This document shows, one piece after another, positions 19,980 through 28,140 of a stretch of DNA of 48,353 bases (positions are counted from its first letter, which is position 1; each line of letters starts with the position of its first letter). Under the pieces are notes generated by a model. That model was not told where the DNA came from and did not search any database. It worked only from the letters and a program-made list of their open reading frames with translations. The stretch is from positions 62,001 to 110,353 of the forward strand of contig JACPAV010000009.1 of NCBI GenBank assembly GCA_016180645.1. The letters are read 5' to 3'. Source of the stretch: Nitrospirota bacterium (GTDB lineage: Bacteria > JACPQY01). Both the position numbers and the translations under genes were made by a program.

Positions 19980-20008
19980 TTTACAGCATCCCGGCTTCGG
20001 TCTAGTAT
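19980..20008 (+). promoter_or_regulatory. Sigma70-type promoter, probably leaderless transcript
   Basis: TTTACA, 17 nt, TAGTAT, then 7 nt to ATG 20016. Confidence 0.6.
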
Positions 20009-20015
20009 CACCTCA

Positions 20016-20618
20016 ATGCCGCTCCCCTCCCAGACGGCCTACTGCCCGAGTTGCGGCGGCAACGTGCCCGTCATGACCATCCTGTGGCGCGGTTCGGAAA
20101 CACCGCGTTGCGGAAATTGCGGCCTGACCCTCCCCAATACCGTCGAAGGAGCGGAAGAGGGCATCCACCCGATGACGTGCGTCATCTTCGCCGAAGACTC
20201 CCCCGGCGTGCGGCGTGTCATTGAAACGGTTCTCTCCGGGACGAAAATTGCGGAGGCTACGGTCGCGTGCGAGAATGGCATGGAATTCATCAGCAAAATG
20301 ACGGAACTCCTTCGGGACAAGAAACGGGTTGACCTGGCCATCCTCGATGTCCAGATGCCGGTTCTCAGCGGCATCCAGGCCGCGCTCACCGTTCGTGAAA
20401 TCGAGAAAAAGTTCGCCGCGCAGCGCCCGACCCCCATTCTCTTCTTCACCGCCAAGGTAATCGACGAAAAATTCAAGGCCGTACTGGACAAGTGCCGCCC
20501 GTCCGCCTACCTGAACAAGGGGACGGACGCCTCCCCTCGCGAATTGGGCCGACGAGTCTACTCGGTCGTCCGCCGGCTCATGGCCGACCAGGCGCTCCAG
20601 GTGGAATTGAACCGATGA
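20016..20618 (+). CDS. Response regulator receiver protein with N-terminal zinc ribbon
   Basis: CPSC-x18-CGNC, then IFAEDS, DLAILDVQMPVLSG (phospho-Asp), PILFFTA and YLNKG; no output domain. Confidence 0.85.
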   Translation: MPLPSQTAYCPSCGGNVPVMTILWRGSETPRCGNCGLTLPNTVEGAEEGIHPMTCVIFAEDSPGVRRVIETVLSGTKIAEATVACENGMEFISKMTELLRDKKRVDLAILDVQMPVLSGIQAALTVREIEKKFAAQRPTPILFFTAKVIDEKFKAVLDKCRPSAYLNKGTDASPRELGRRVYSVVRRLMADQALQVELNR

Positions 20619-21697
20619 ACCCCTCACCCCATCCGGGAGTTGCTCCCCTACCAACGCCTGAGATTCTCCGTAGGGGAGGACCTTCAGGTCCTCCCACAGG
20701 AGGGAGCAGCCAAGGCTGCTCCCCTACAGGATGCTCCGCGGAACACACGGAATCGAGCGATGGGAATTGGACAGGGCCGTGCGCCGTTGAGCTCCGCCAC
20801 ATGGAAGGGTCCGGCCTCTTCTCCTGCGGCCGATTGGATGTCAGGGTGCAGCAGAGGGTGGTCTTCGAGCATGACGGAGGGATGGACGTGGGCAAGATCG
20901 TCCGCGGTCCCCTCCCTCTCCTCTTCGACCGCGAGCCGATCGGCCGGGTGGTGCGGAGGCTGACCGACTTCGATCTGCGGACGCTCCAGGAAAACCGGGA
21001 ACTGGAGGATGAGGCCATCGAAGTCTCGCGGGAGGAAATGCTCCAGCGGGGGCTCCCCATGCGTCCCATCCGGGCTCATGTGCGGATTGACCGGCACAAG
21101 GTCCTCATCTTCTTTATTTCCGACGATCGCGTGGATTTCCGAGGCCTCGTCCGCGATCTGGCGGAGCGCCTCCGATCGCGGGTGGAGCTCAAGCAGGTGG
21201 GGGCACGCCAGGCCTCCGCTCATTGGCCCGCCCTCGGAACCTGCGGGCGGCCCACGTGTTGCAGCCAATGGCGGCAGGACTTCCATTCCATCACCCTCGA
21301 TGCCGTGAAAGAACAGAACCTCACTCACAATCTTTCCAAACTCCACGGCCACTGCGGCCGGCTCAAATGCTGCCTGCTCTACGAGATCGACACCTATCGG
21401 GAATTCGACGCGCGGGCGCCCCGATGCGGTCAAGGCGTGTGCAGCGGGCGGTGCTCAAACGGTCGGGCGACCGTGATCGGGCACAATCCCGTTCGGGGAA
21501 CGGTGATGGTGGTGGACGACGAAGACAAACGCTATGAAATTCCGCTCGACGAGATCGAGAACGAGCTCCGGTCCCGGCCCTGGGTCCGTAGCAATGCAAA
21601 GTCCGCTCCACCCCCCCTCTCGTCACCCCCAGATCGAAGCGGGGGGGGCAATGGACCCAAACGCGATCGCAACCCTCCCCGGAAAACGGTCTCCTAA
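20615..21697 (+). CDS. ricT: PSP1/RicT (YaaT) family Fe-S regulatory protein
   Basis: RVDFRGLVRDLA, RVELKQVGAR, CGRPTCC, GHCGRLKCCLLYE; upstream of metG-tatD as commonly seen. ATG overlaps the previous stop (ATGA). Confidence 0.88.
   Translation: MNPSPHPGVAPLPTPEILRRGGPSGPPTGGSSQGCSPTGCSAEHTESSDGNWTGPCAVELRHMEGSGLFSCGRLDVRVQQRVVFEHDGGMDVGKIVRGPLPLLFDREPIGRVVRRLTDFDLRTLQENRELEDEAIEVSREEMLQRGLPMRPIRAHVRIDRHKVLIFFISDDRVDFRGLVRDLAERLRSRVELKQVGARQASAHWPALGTCGRPTCCSQWRQDFHSITLDAVKEQNLTHNLSKLHGHCGRLKCCLLYEIDTYREFDARAPRCGQGVCSGRCSNGRATVIGHNPVRGTVMVVDDEDKRYEIPLDEIENELRSRPWVRSNAKSAPPPLSSPPDRSGGGNGPKRDRNPPRKTVS
20635..20727. repeat. Cluster of three GTAGGGGAG-type REP palindromes
   Basis: GGGAGTTGCTCCCCTAC (20635-20651), GTAGGGGAGGACC-TTCA-GGTCCTCCC (20670-20695), GGGAGCAGCC-AA-GGCTGCTCCCCTAC (20702-20727). 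Confidence 0.85.
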
Positions 21698-21712
21698 ACA
21701 CTTCTCCAAACC

Positions 21713-23695
21713 GTGGCCAAGTTCTTCGTCACTACGCCGATCTATTACGTCAACGACGTGCCACACATCGGACACGCCTACACCACCGTCGCCGCAGATA
21801 TCCTCGCCCGCTATCACCGGATGATTGGGGATGATGTCTTCTTCCTCACCGGAACGGACGAGCACGGGAAAAAAGTGGAACACGCTGCCGCGAAGCAGGG
21901 AAAGAACGCCCGGCACCTTGCGGATGACGTCCACGTTCGTTTCAAGGAACTTTGGAAGACGCTCAACATCTCCAACGACCATTTCATCCGGACCACGGAC
22001 ATGGAGCACTACCATGCCGTGGCGGAATTCTGGGATCGCGCAAGAAAGAACGGCGACATCTTCCTCGGCGACTACGAGGGGTGGTATTGCACGCCGTGCG
22101 AAACGTTCTGGACGGAGAAGGAGCTTGTCCTCGCTGGAACTCTTCAGAGCGGGGGGATTAGCCCGACGACGGGCGCGATGATCGCTGAGCCTCAGGAACC
22201 GATCCTGTTGTGTCCAACTTGCAAACGCCGGACCGAGAAGCTCAAACAGCCAAGCTACTTCTTCAAGTTGGGGAAGTACCGAAGTTGGCTGCTCGACTAT
22301 TTCAAGAACAACCCCGGCTCGATCCTTCCTGAGTCACGACGCAACGAGGTCCTGGGATTCCTCCAATCCGAGGAACTGAAGGACTTGAGCATCAGCCGCA
22401 CGGATTTTTCCTGGGGCATCCCCGTCCCCGGCGATCCGAAGCACGTCATTTATGTCTGGTTCGACGCCCTCATCAATTACCTTACCGCCAGTCACTACAC
22501 GCCGGGCCGTGAATCGTCTTGGCCCGCAAGTGTCCATCTCGTCGGAAAGGACATCCTCCGCTTCCACACGGTCTACTGGTTCGCGTTTCTGAAATCGGCC
22601 GGATTCCCGCCGCCGCAGTCGGTGTTCGCTCACGGCTGGTGGACGATCGACGGTCAGAAGATGAGCAAGTCGCTGGGCAACGTGATCGACCCTTTCGAGG
22701 TCACGGCGAAATACGGCGTGGACCCCTTCCGATATTTCCTCTTCAGGGAAGTGCCTTTCGGACAGGACGGCAACTACTCCAACCGGCTCCTGGAAGCCCG
22801 TCTCAATGGCGATCTGGCGAACGACCTCGGAAATCTTTTGAGTCGGGTGGTGAGTGTGGCCGTGCAGCATTTCCCGGCGGGAACCATCCGTGGGCCGCTC
22901 AACCACAATCCGGCCGCCCTGGGAGAATTGGGTACGCAACTTCTCGTCAAGCGGGAGAGAATGCGGAAGAAATGGCAGGAGGCGCTCCAAACTTTGAACC
23001 TCCAGGGCGCGCTGGAAGCGACGTGGGAGCTGCTCCGGGAGGCCAACGGTTACGTCGACCGGACTCGGCCCTGGGAATTGAAAGGCAAGGAGAGCGGCAC
23101 GCCCGTCCTTATTGAACTGTTGGAGACCCTGCGCCACGTGGCGATCTTCATCCAGCCGTTCATGCCGCACACATCGCAGGCCATCGGTCAACAAATCGCG
23201 GGCCGGGATTTCTTCGACGCCGCCAGTCGGCCCGCCGATTCGGCCTTCTCGAATCTGGAGAGCAAGTATCCTCTCGAAAACGGATGTAAGATTGAAAAGG
23301 GGAAGCACCTCGTCGAGCGGATCGACCTGCTCCCCGAAAAGCCAAAGGAGAACAAAGTGGAAGCAACCGACAACCTCCTCGGCATCGAGGAATTTCAAAA
23401 GATCGAACTCCGCTCCGGTGTCATCCTGAGCGCCGAAGAAGTGCCTAATTCGAAAAGACTCATCAAGCTCCAGGTTGATCTTGGAAACGAACAGCGGCAG
23501 GTGGTGGCGGGCATCAAGCACGTTTACACGGCGGCGGACGTGGTCGGCAAGAAAGTCGTGGTCGTCACCAATCTCAAACCGGCGAAAATCATGGGCGTGG
23601 AATCGCAAGGGATGGTGCTTGCGGCCAGCGAAGGCGACGCCCTCACGCTGGTCAGCTTCGACCGGGAGGTGAAGCCGGGGTGGAAGGTCAAGTAG
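21713..23695 (+). CDS. metG: Methionine--tRNA ligase with C-terminal tRNA-binding domain
   Basis: TTPIYYVNDVPHIGH, GTDEHG, YVWFDALINY, GKDILRFH, KMSKS and C-terminal NLKPAKIMGVESQGM. Confidence 0.98.
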   Translation: MAKFFVTTPIYYVNDVPHIGHAYTTVAADILARYHRMIGDDVFFLTGTDEHGKKVEHAAAKQGKNARHLADDVHVRFKELWKTLNISNDHFIRTTDMEHYHAVAEFWDRARKNGDIFLGDYEGWYCTPCETFWTEKELVLAGTLQSGGISPTTGAMIAEPQEPILLCPTCKRRTEKLKQPSYFFKLGKYRSWLLDYFKNNPGSILPESRRNEVLGFLQSEELKDLSISRTDFSWGIPVPGDPKHVIYVWFDALINYLTASHYTPGRESSWPASVHLVGKDILRFHTVYWFAFLKSAGFPPPQSVFAHGWWTIDGQKMSKSLGNVIDPFEVTAKYGVDPFRYFLFREVPFGQDGNYSNRLLEARLNGDLANDLGNLLSRVVSVAVQHFPAGTIRGPLNHNPAALGELGTQLLVKRERMRKKWQEALQTLNLQGALEATWELLREANGYVDRTRPWELKGKESGTPVLIELLETLRHVAIFIQPFMPHTSQAIGQQIAGRDFFDAASRPADSAFSNLESKYPLENGCKIEKGKHLVERIDLLPEKPKENKVEATDNLLGIEEFQKIELRSGVILSAEEVPNSKRLIKLQVDLGNEQRQVVAGIKHVYTAADVVGKKVVVVTNLKPAKIMGVESQGMVLAASEGDALTLVSFDREVKPGWKVK

Positions 23696-25152
23696 CCACG
23701 AGCCACGAGCCACGAGCCACGAGCCACGATTCCGCTCTGGCCGACTCCCACACCCACCTCGTGATGTTCAAGCCCGAAGATCGGGCCGGCATTCTGGCCC
23801 GCGCCCGCGCACAGAACGTTCATCTCATGGTGGTGCCTGGGACCACACTTGCCGACAGCGCCGAGGCCGTCGAATTCGCCCGGGGGGAGCCGGATGTTTT
23901 CGCCACGGTTGGAGTTCACCCGCATGAGGCGAAGGACGCCCCCGCCGATCTGGAGGACCGCCTGACCGAGTGGGCCGGGGACGGCAAAGTGGCGGCGATC
24001 GGAGAAATCGGGCTCGATTTCCACTACAACCTCTCACCCAGGGATGTTCAACAGGCCTGCTTCGAAAGGCAACTTGCGCTCGCCCGGAAGGTCCGCAAGC
24101 CCATCGTCGTCCACATCCGCGAAGCATTCGGCGAAGCACGGGAACTGATGCAAGTCGGGCACGCTGACGAAGTCGGCGGCGTCATCCACTGTTTCACGGG
24201 AACCTACAACGATGCCAAAAGCTTCCTCGATCTGGGCTTCTGCATTTCATTCTCAGGAATCTTAACCTTCCCCAAGGCGGACTCGCTGAGGGAAGCCGCC
24301 CGGAAGATCCCGATCGAACGAATCCTCATCGAAACCGATGCCCCGTATCTTGCACCGGTGCCCCACAGAGGAAAGGAAAATGAGCCGGCCTTTCTCCCGC
24401 ACACCGCGCAGGTTCTAGCCGATCTGAAATCGCTGGCGATTCATGACGTCGCCCGGATCACCTGCGTCAACACCCGCCGCGTGTTCCGGATCGCCGAGGA
24501 CGCGGTCCGCACAGCCGATGGTCGGTCCAAGGCGTGGCCAAAGCAAATCGATCTCCACCCGAAAATCGCCTACCGGATCCGGGACTCGGTCTACTTGAAT
24601 ATCACCAACAAGTGCACGATCTCGTGCGTGTTCTGCCCCAAGTTCGACGATTTCATGGTCAAGGGGCACTATCTCAAGCTCTCACGCGAGCCGGACGCGT
24701 CCACCATCCTCTCCGAGATCGGCGACCTCGCGGGCGTTCAGGAAGTCGTTTTCTGCGGATTTGGCGAATCCACGCTGCGGATGGATGCGCTCAAAGACAC
24801 GGCGAGAGCACTCAAGGCGAAAGGCGTGAAAGTCCGGTTGGACACCGACGGCCTCGGCAATCTCGTCCACGGGCGAAACATTCTCCCCGAACTGAAAGGA
24901 TTGATTGACAGTGTGTCCATCAGCCTGAATGCCTCGAATCCGGAAGAGTATGCCCGGCTCTGCCCTTCAAAGTACGAGGGAATCGCCTACCCTGCCGTCA
25001 AGGAATTCATTCGAGAAGCCAAGGTATGGATTCCCGATGTCCAAGCCACCGTCGTGACCGTGCCGGGTGTCAATGTCGAAGCCTGCCGGCGGATCGTAGA
25101 GGACGAACTCGGCGTCCGCTTCCGCGCCCGCGAATACAACAACGTCGGTTAG
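23680..25152 (+). CDS. tatD: TatD family nuclease fused to a TatD-associated radical SAM domain
   Basis: DSHTHL, GVHPH, IGEIGLDF, VIHCFTG and ETDAPYLAP, followed by YLNITNKCTISCVFC (CxxxCxxC) and EVVFCGFGE. GTG start inside the metG end with GGAGG upstream. Confidence 0.92.
   Translation: MEGQVATSHEPRATSHDSALADSHTHLVMFKPEDRAGILARARAQNVHLMVVPGTTLADSAEAVEFARGEPDVFATVGVHPHEAKDAPADLEDRLTEWAGDGKVAAIGEIGLDFHYNLSPRDVQQACFERQLALARKVRKPIVVHIREAFGEARELMQVGHADEVGGVIHCFTGTYNDAKSFLDLGFCISFSGILTFPKADSLREAARKIPIERILIETDAPYLAPVPHRGKENEPAFLPHTAQVLADLKSLAIHDVARITCVNTRRVFRIAEDAVRTADGRSKAWPKQIDLHPKIAYRIRDSVYLNITNKCTISCVFCPKFDDFMVKGHYLKLSREPDASTILSEIGDLAGVQEVVFCGFGESTLRMDALKDTARALKAKGVKVRLDTDGLGNLVHGRNILPELKGLIDSVSISLNASNPEEYARLCPSKYEGIAYPAVKEFIREAKVWIPDVQATVVTVPGVNVEACRRIVEDELGVRFRAREYNNVG
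23694..23728. repeat. Perfect heptamer tandem repeat (AGCCACG)x5
   Basis: Five exact copies starting within the metG stop codon. Confidence 0.95.
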
Positions 25153-25991
25153 GGAGTCCCGACAGCGACAAATGAGAACCCCCCGGGCGGGTCTACTCCA
25201 CGGCCGGCCGCATCAAGGAACTTTATTCGGAATCCGCTTCGGATGGCCATGACCTTTGCCCGTACCGCCGGCGCCATCGATCCATCCAAGGGGCGAGTAT
25301 CATCGGGCAAGCCTCCTATGTGGTCAAGAAAAGCTTTGGTGTTCGCAAGCTTCTCAGCTTCCAAGAACTGAAGGTTTTCCTGGAGAATGGATTCATCAAC
25401 GAAACAGGGCCAATTCAAACACCACCGTTCTTCATCACCCGAGTTCTCAACCGGTATGGCGTACGCAACGAGCGGGCTATTGCGGGTTCTCGCCTCAGTT
25501 TTTCCAAACAATCCGGGTAGCGCCAAAGCGCTCGCTTCAGCCGTTAGGTATGCGCCCGTCCACTTTTGCCGCTTCTCGCCTGAGAGTAGCCCGGGAAGCG
25601 CTGAAGAAAGGAACACCCTTCGATCAGGGTCATCGAGAAAATCGCCAAGTCCGATGCAACCACGCAGAGGAAATCGATCTTGAAAAGCTCGTTCCAACAG
25701 AAGTAAACAGGCAAATATGAAATTCCCAATGTTCTTGACGTCTTCTACGTGTTGCGAAACAAGAAGAATCGAGTCGAAAGCGATGAGGGTCTTCTCGAAA
25801 TTCGACCGCACGTCCTTCCCCGTGCCATCCCGGGAAGAGGTTTGTGAACTGAACACGTGGGCATTAGCGAAGTCAACGAATTTGCCGAACCGGGCGTGGA
25901 GATTCGGAAGCGACTCATTACACAGGCTCTGACCAAATCCCAAGATGTCAAAAAAACCGATGAGCCGATTCCTGAAAACTGCCACTTCCAT
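25149..25991 (-). CDS. Hypothetical protein with class III nucleotidyl cyclase-like motifs
   Basis: LIGFFDILGF...AFDSILL...FPLRGCIGLGDF; AT-richer than its neighbours; stop overlaps the tatD stop. Confidence 0.6.
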   Translation of the reverse strand: MEVAVFRNRLIGFFDILGFGQSLCNESLPNLHARFGKFVDFANAHVFSSQTSSRDGTGKDVRSNFEKTLIAFDSILLVSQHVEDVKNIGNFIFACLLLLERAFQDRFPLRGCIGLGDFLDDPDRRVFLSSALPGLLSGEKRQKWTGAYLTAEASALALPGLFGKTEARTRNSPLVAYAIPVENSGDEERWCLNWPCFVDESILQENLQFLEAEKLANTKAFLDHIGGLPDDTRPLDGSMAPAVRAKVMAIRSGFRIKFLDAAGRGVDPPGGFSFVAVGTP

Positions 25992-26104
25992 CCTGATGGG
26001 CTACCTACGGTCTTTTGACCAAGCCATTTGCAAGGCAATACCTATTCCACCAAGAGAGCAAGGAACGGCGGGCGGCAAAGGGCCGAAGGGTGGGCGCATT
26101 CCGC

Positions 26105-26491
26105 TCATCCGAACGACACGATCCCTTTCCGGTCGTCGAACTCGACCTTGTACCGGTTGAAAAACCCCTTCCGGCCAAGGAGGTTGAATCCGGCATGAAG
26201 ATCCGGAGAAATAGCGATGGGCGCGGCAAATCGGTCTGGACCCAGTTGGATTTCAAGATCGTGGACAAAGAGCAGGAGTTCATGGCCAGTCGCGGAGCGC
26301 GAGTGACGCACCCTCCCTCTCCGATAGTCGAATTCCGCCGGGGCAAGATTCGCCGACAGGACGGTGTAGGCTGCGCCAGAGTCCACGTAGACATGGGCGG
26401 TCCGCCACTTCCCAGCGAGGTGGATGCCGATGGGGACTACCGGATGCGAATCGGAGCCAAGCTTGGCGTACGGGAAAGCAATACGAAGCAC
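26105..26491 (-). CDS. Retropepsin-like (clan AA) single-domain aspartic protease
   Basis: HVYVDSGAAYTVL (D-S/T-G) and a C-terminal NLLGR.GFF; 128 aa. Confidence 0.85.
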   Translation of the reverse strand: MLRIAFPYAKLGSDSHPVVPIGIHLAGKWRTAHVYVDSGAAYTVLSANLAPAEFDYRRGRVRHSRSATGHELLLFVHDLEIQLGPDRFAAPIAISPDLHAGFNLLGRKGFFNRYKVEFDDRKGIVSFG

Positions 26492-26766
26492 TTGATATCC
26501 TCTTCAGACGGAACCGAGACCAGGAGGGGAATGGCAGAAGGATGTTTTTTCTCGGCAGTTGAAATGGCTTCGTCAGCCGTCGCTCCGACGCCAGCGACGG
26601 CATGATCCACCACGGCAACGATCTTGTGGGGATATTGTTTGACGAGATCGCCGAAATGGGCGACAACCCACTTGTTCTCGTAGGTCAGGGCCCTTGTGAG
26701 TGAATCGAGTGGCCTTGTGTTTTGCGCGGTCGCTGCTTTTCTCCGCCCGTTCCGTCTTCTTCCCAT
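26437..26766 (-). CDS. DUF5678-like small protein
   Basis: WVVAHFGDLVKQYPHKIVAVVDHAVAGVGATADEA...AEKKHP pattern; overlaps the protease gene start by 55 nt. Confidence 0.7.
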   Translation of the reverse strand: MGRRRNGRRKAATAQNTRPLDSLTRALTYENKWVVAHFGDLVKQYPHKIVAVVDHAVAGVGATADEAISTAEKKHPSAIPLLVSVPSEEDIKCFVLLSRTPSLAPIRIR

Positions 26767-26772
26767 ATGGAA

Positions 26773-26801
26773 AGTATGCGCCGACCCCTTCTCGTCGTCA
26801 A
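26773..26801 (-). promoter_or_regulatory. Sigma70-type promoter, probably leaderless transcript
   Basis: TTGACG (26801-26796), 17 nt, CATACT (26778-26773), then 6 nt to ATG 26766. Confidence 0.65.
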
Positions 26802-26891
26802 CGATGGACCTCTGCGCGTACGACAGGTATTTCTCCCGCTTGCCTTTTGCCGGGGCCTGTGATTAGGTCGGGCCATTAAGAGGAGTTGATC

Positions 26892-27032
26892 ATGAGTATC
26901 TTTCGAATCGTTCAACTGGCCACCACGTCGCATTTGACGTCTTCCGAGATTCCGTCGCTTCTTCTCTACTTGGTCTCCGGAGCGGTCGGAGTCCTGCTCG
27001 CGGCTTATCTCGTCGCGCGAAAACGCACCTGA
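26892..27032 (+). CDS. 46-aa single-pass membrane protein (below ORF-track cutoff)
   Basis: SD AAGAGGAG 6 nt before ATG; MSIFRIVQLATTSHLTSSEIPSLLLYLVSGAVGVLLAAYLVARKRT. Confidence 0.65.
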   Translation: MSIFRIVQLATTSHLTSSEIPSLLLYLVSGAVGVLLAAYLVARKRT

Positions 27033-27081
27033 CGGTGGCCCGTCCCAGCCTCGCCGCCCCCTTCCGCGCATAGGGGGTGCG

Positions 27082-28140
27082 GTGAGATTGTTGACCCGGG
27101 CGCCCCTGTTTCTCTGCCTCTTCCTCACCGCGTACGCATCCTCCGTTTTCGCGTGGAGCCGCCATGACCACATCACTCGCCTCTCACTCGAATCCGTCCG
27201 GGAACTGACAGACCTCCCAACCGCCACCGTCACCCCGCTCTCAGAGTCGGACCCGTCCCTGAGTCCCGTCTACGTCCCACCGTACCAAGCCGTCCCCAAG
27301 CCCGAGGGATTCCAGCCGGCCGACGTGACCGATACAAGCCCGGTGGGACTGATCGGCGAGCCGCTCGGAGGCACAATCACCCCTCGACGCATTCTCATCG
27401 AGTTTTCCTCCGAACCCGATTGGGGAATGGACAAGGGCCTCAAATTGGACTTCGCTCAAAAGCTCCAAGGCGGAAGCCAGGGCTACCGGCACATCTTGTA
27501 TCCAGCCGGGACGTTTCATGTCCCCTACGCATTCCTCAATCAAGGCGAGCCACCGAAGCGCGCGAAACACTTCGTCGAGCAAGCCCACCGGGCGCTGGCG
27601 CGCGGCGACGCGTACTGGTTCTGGAGAAACATGGCGCGGGCACTCCACTATATCCAGGATGTGGGGCAGCCGTATCACACCGGCCAAACCTCACTCGATT
27701 TCCTGGTCAAGGGAGACATCCTCGCCGGCACGATCGAGGCCACGACAAACTATCACCTCGCTTATGAGACGTTTGTGGCCAACCAACTGATCGCCGAAAT
27801 CCAAGGAGGCGTGCTCCGCTACACCTCCGCCCTCCGAGGGGCATCCTCCCGGAAAGAGTGCAAAGCCGATCGCCTCGTCCAAGACATCGCGTCGGACAAC
27901 GCCCCCCGCGGCCGCCGGCTCATGCAACTCTCCGTCCCCTTCCTGGGCCCGGCATTCAAGACGGGCCAGAAGCGCCGTATGACCGAATCAGAGTTTCTTG
28001 GCCTCGTCGGGAAAACCAGAAAGGGCGCAGAGGATTTCGATCGTGAAACTCGCGCCGCCCTGCAGTTGACCGCGGAAACCACGAGGGGCTTCGTTGCATG
28101 CGCCCTGGAGACCTTCTACAATCGAAACGGACGTCCATGA
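27082..28140 (+). CDS. Secreted zinc-dependent phospholipase C / S1-P1 nuclease fold protein
   Basis: Signal peptide ending VFA, mature N-terminus W-S-R-H (a Zn-binding Trp1 is typical of the fold), EPD, ALHYIQDVGQPYH, YHLAYE. Confidence 0.75.
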   Translation: MRLLTRAPLFLCLFLTAYASSVFAWSRHDHITRLSLESVRELTDLPTATVTPLSESDPSLSPVYVPPYQAVPKPEGFQPADVTDTSPVGLIGEPLGGTITPRRILIEFSSEPDWGMDKGLKLDFAQKLQGGSQGYRHILYPAGTFHVPYAFLNQGEPPKRAKHFVEQAHRALARGDAYWFWRNMARALHYIQDVGQPYHTGQTSLDFLVKGDILAGTIEATTNYHLAYETFVANQLIAEIQGGVLRYTSALRGASSRKECKADRLVQDIASDNAPRGRRLMQLSVPFLGPAFKTGQKRRMTESEFLGLVGKTRKGAEDFDRETRAALQLTAETTRGFVACALETFYNRNGRP

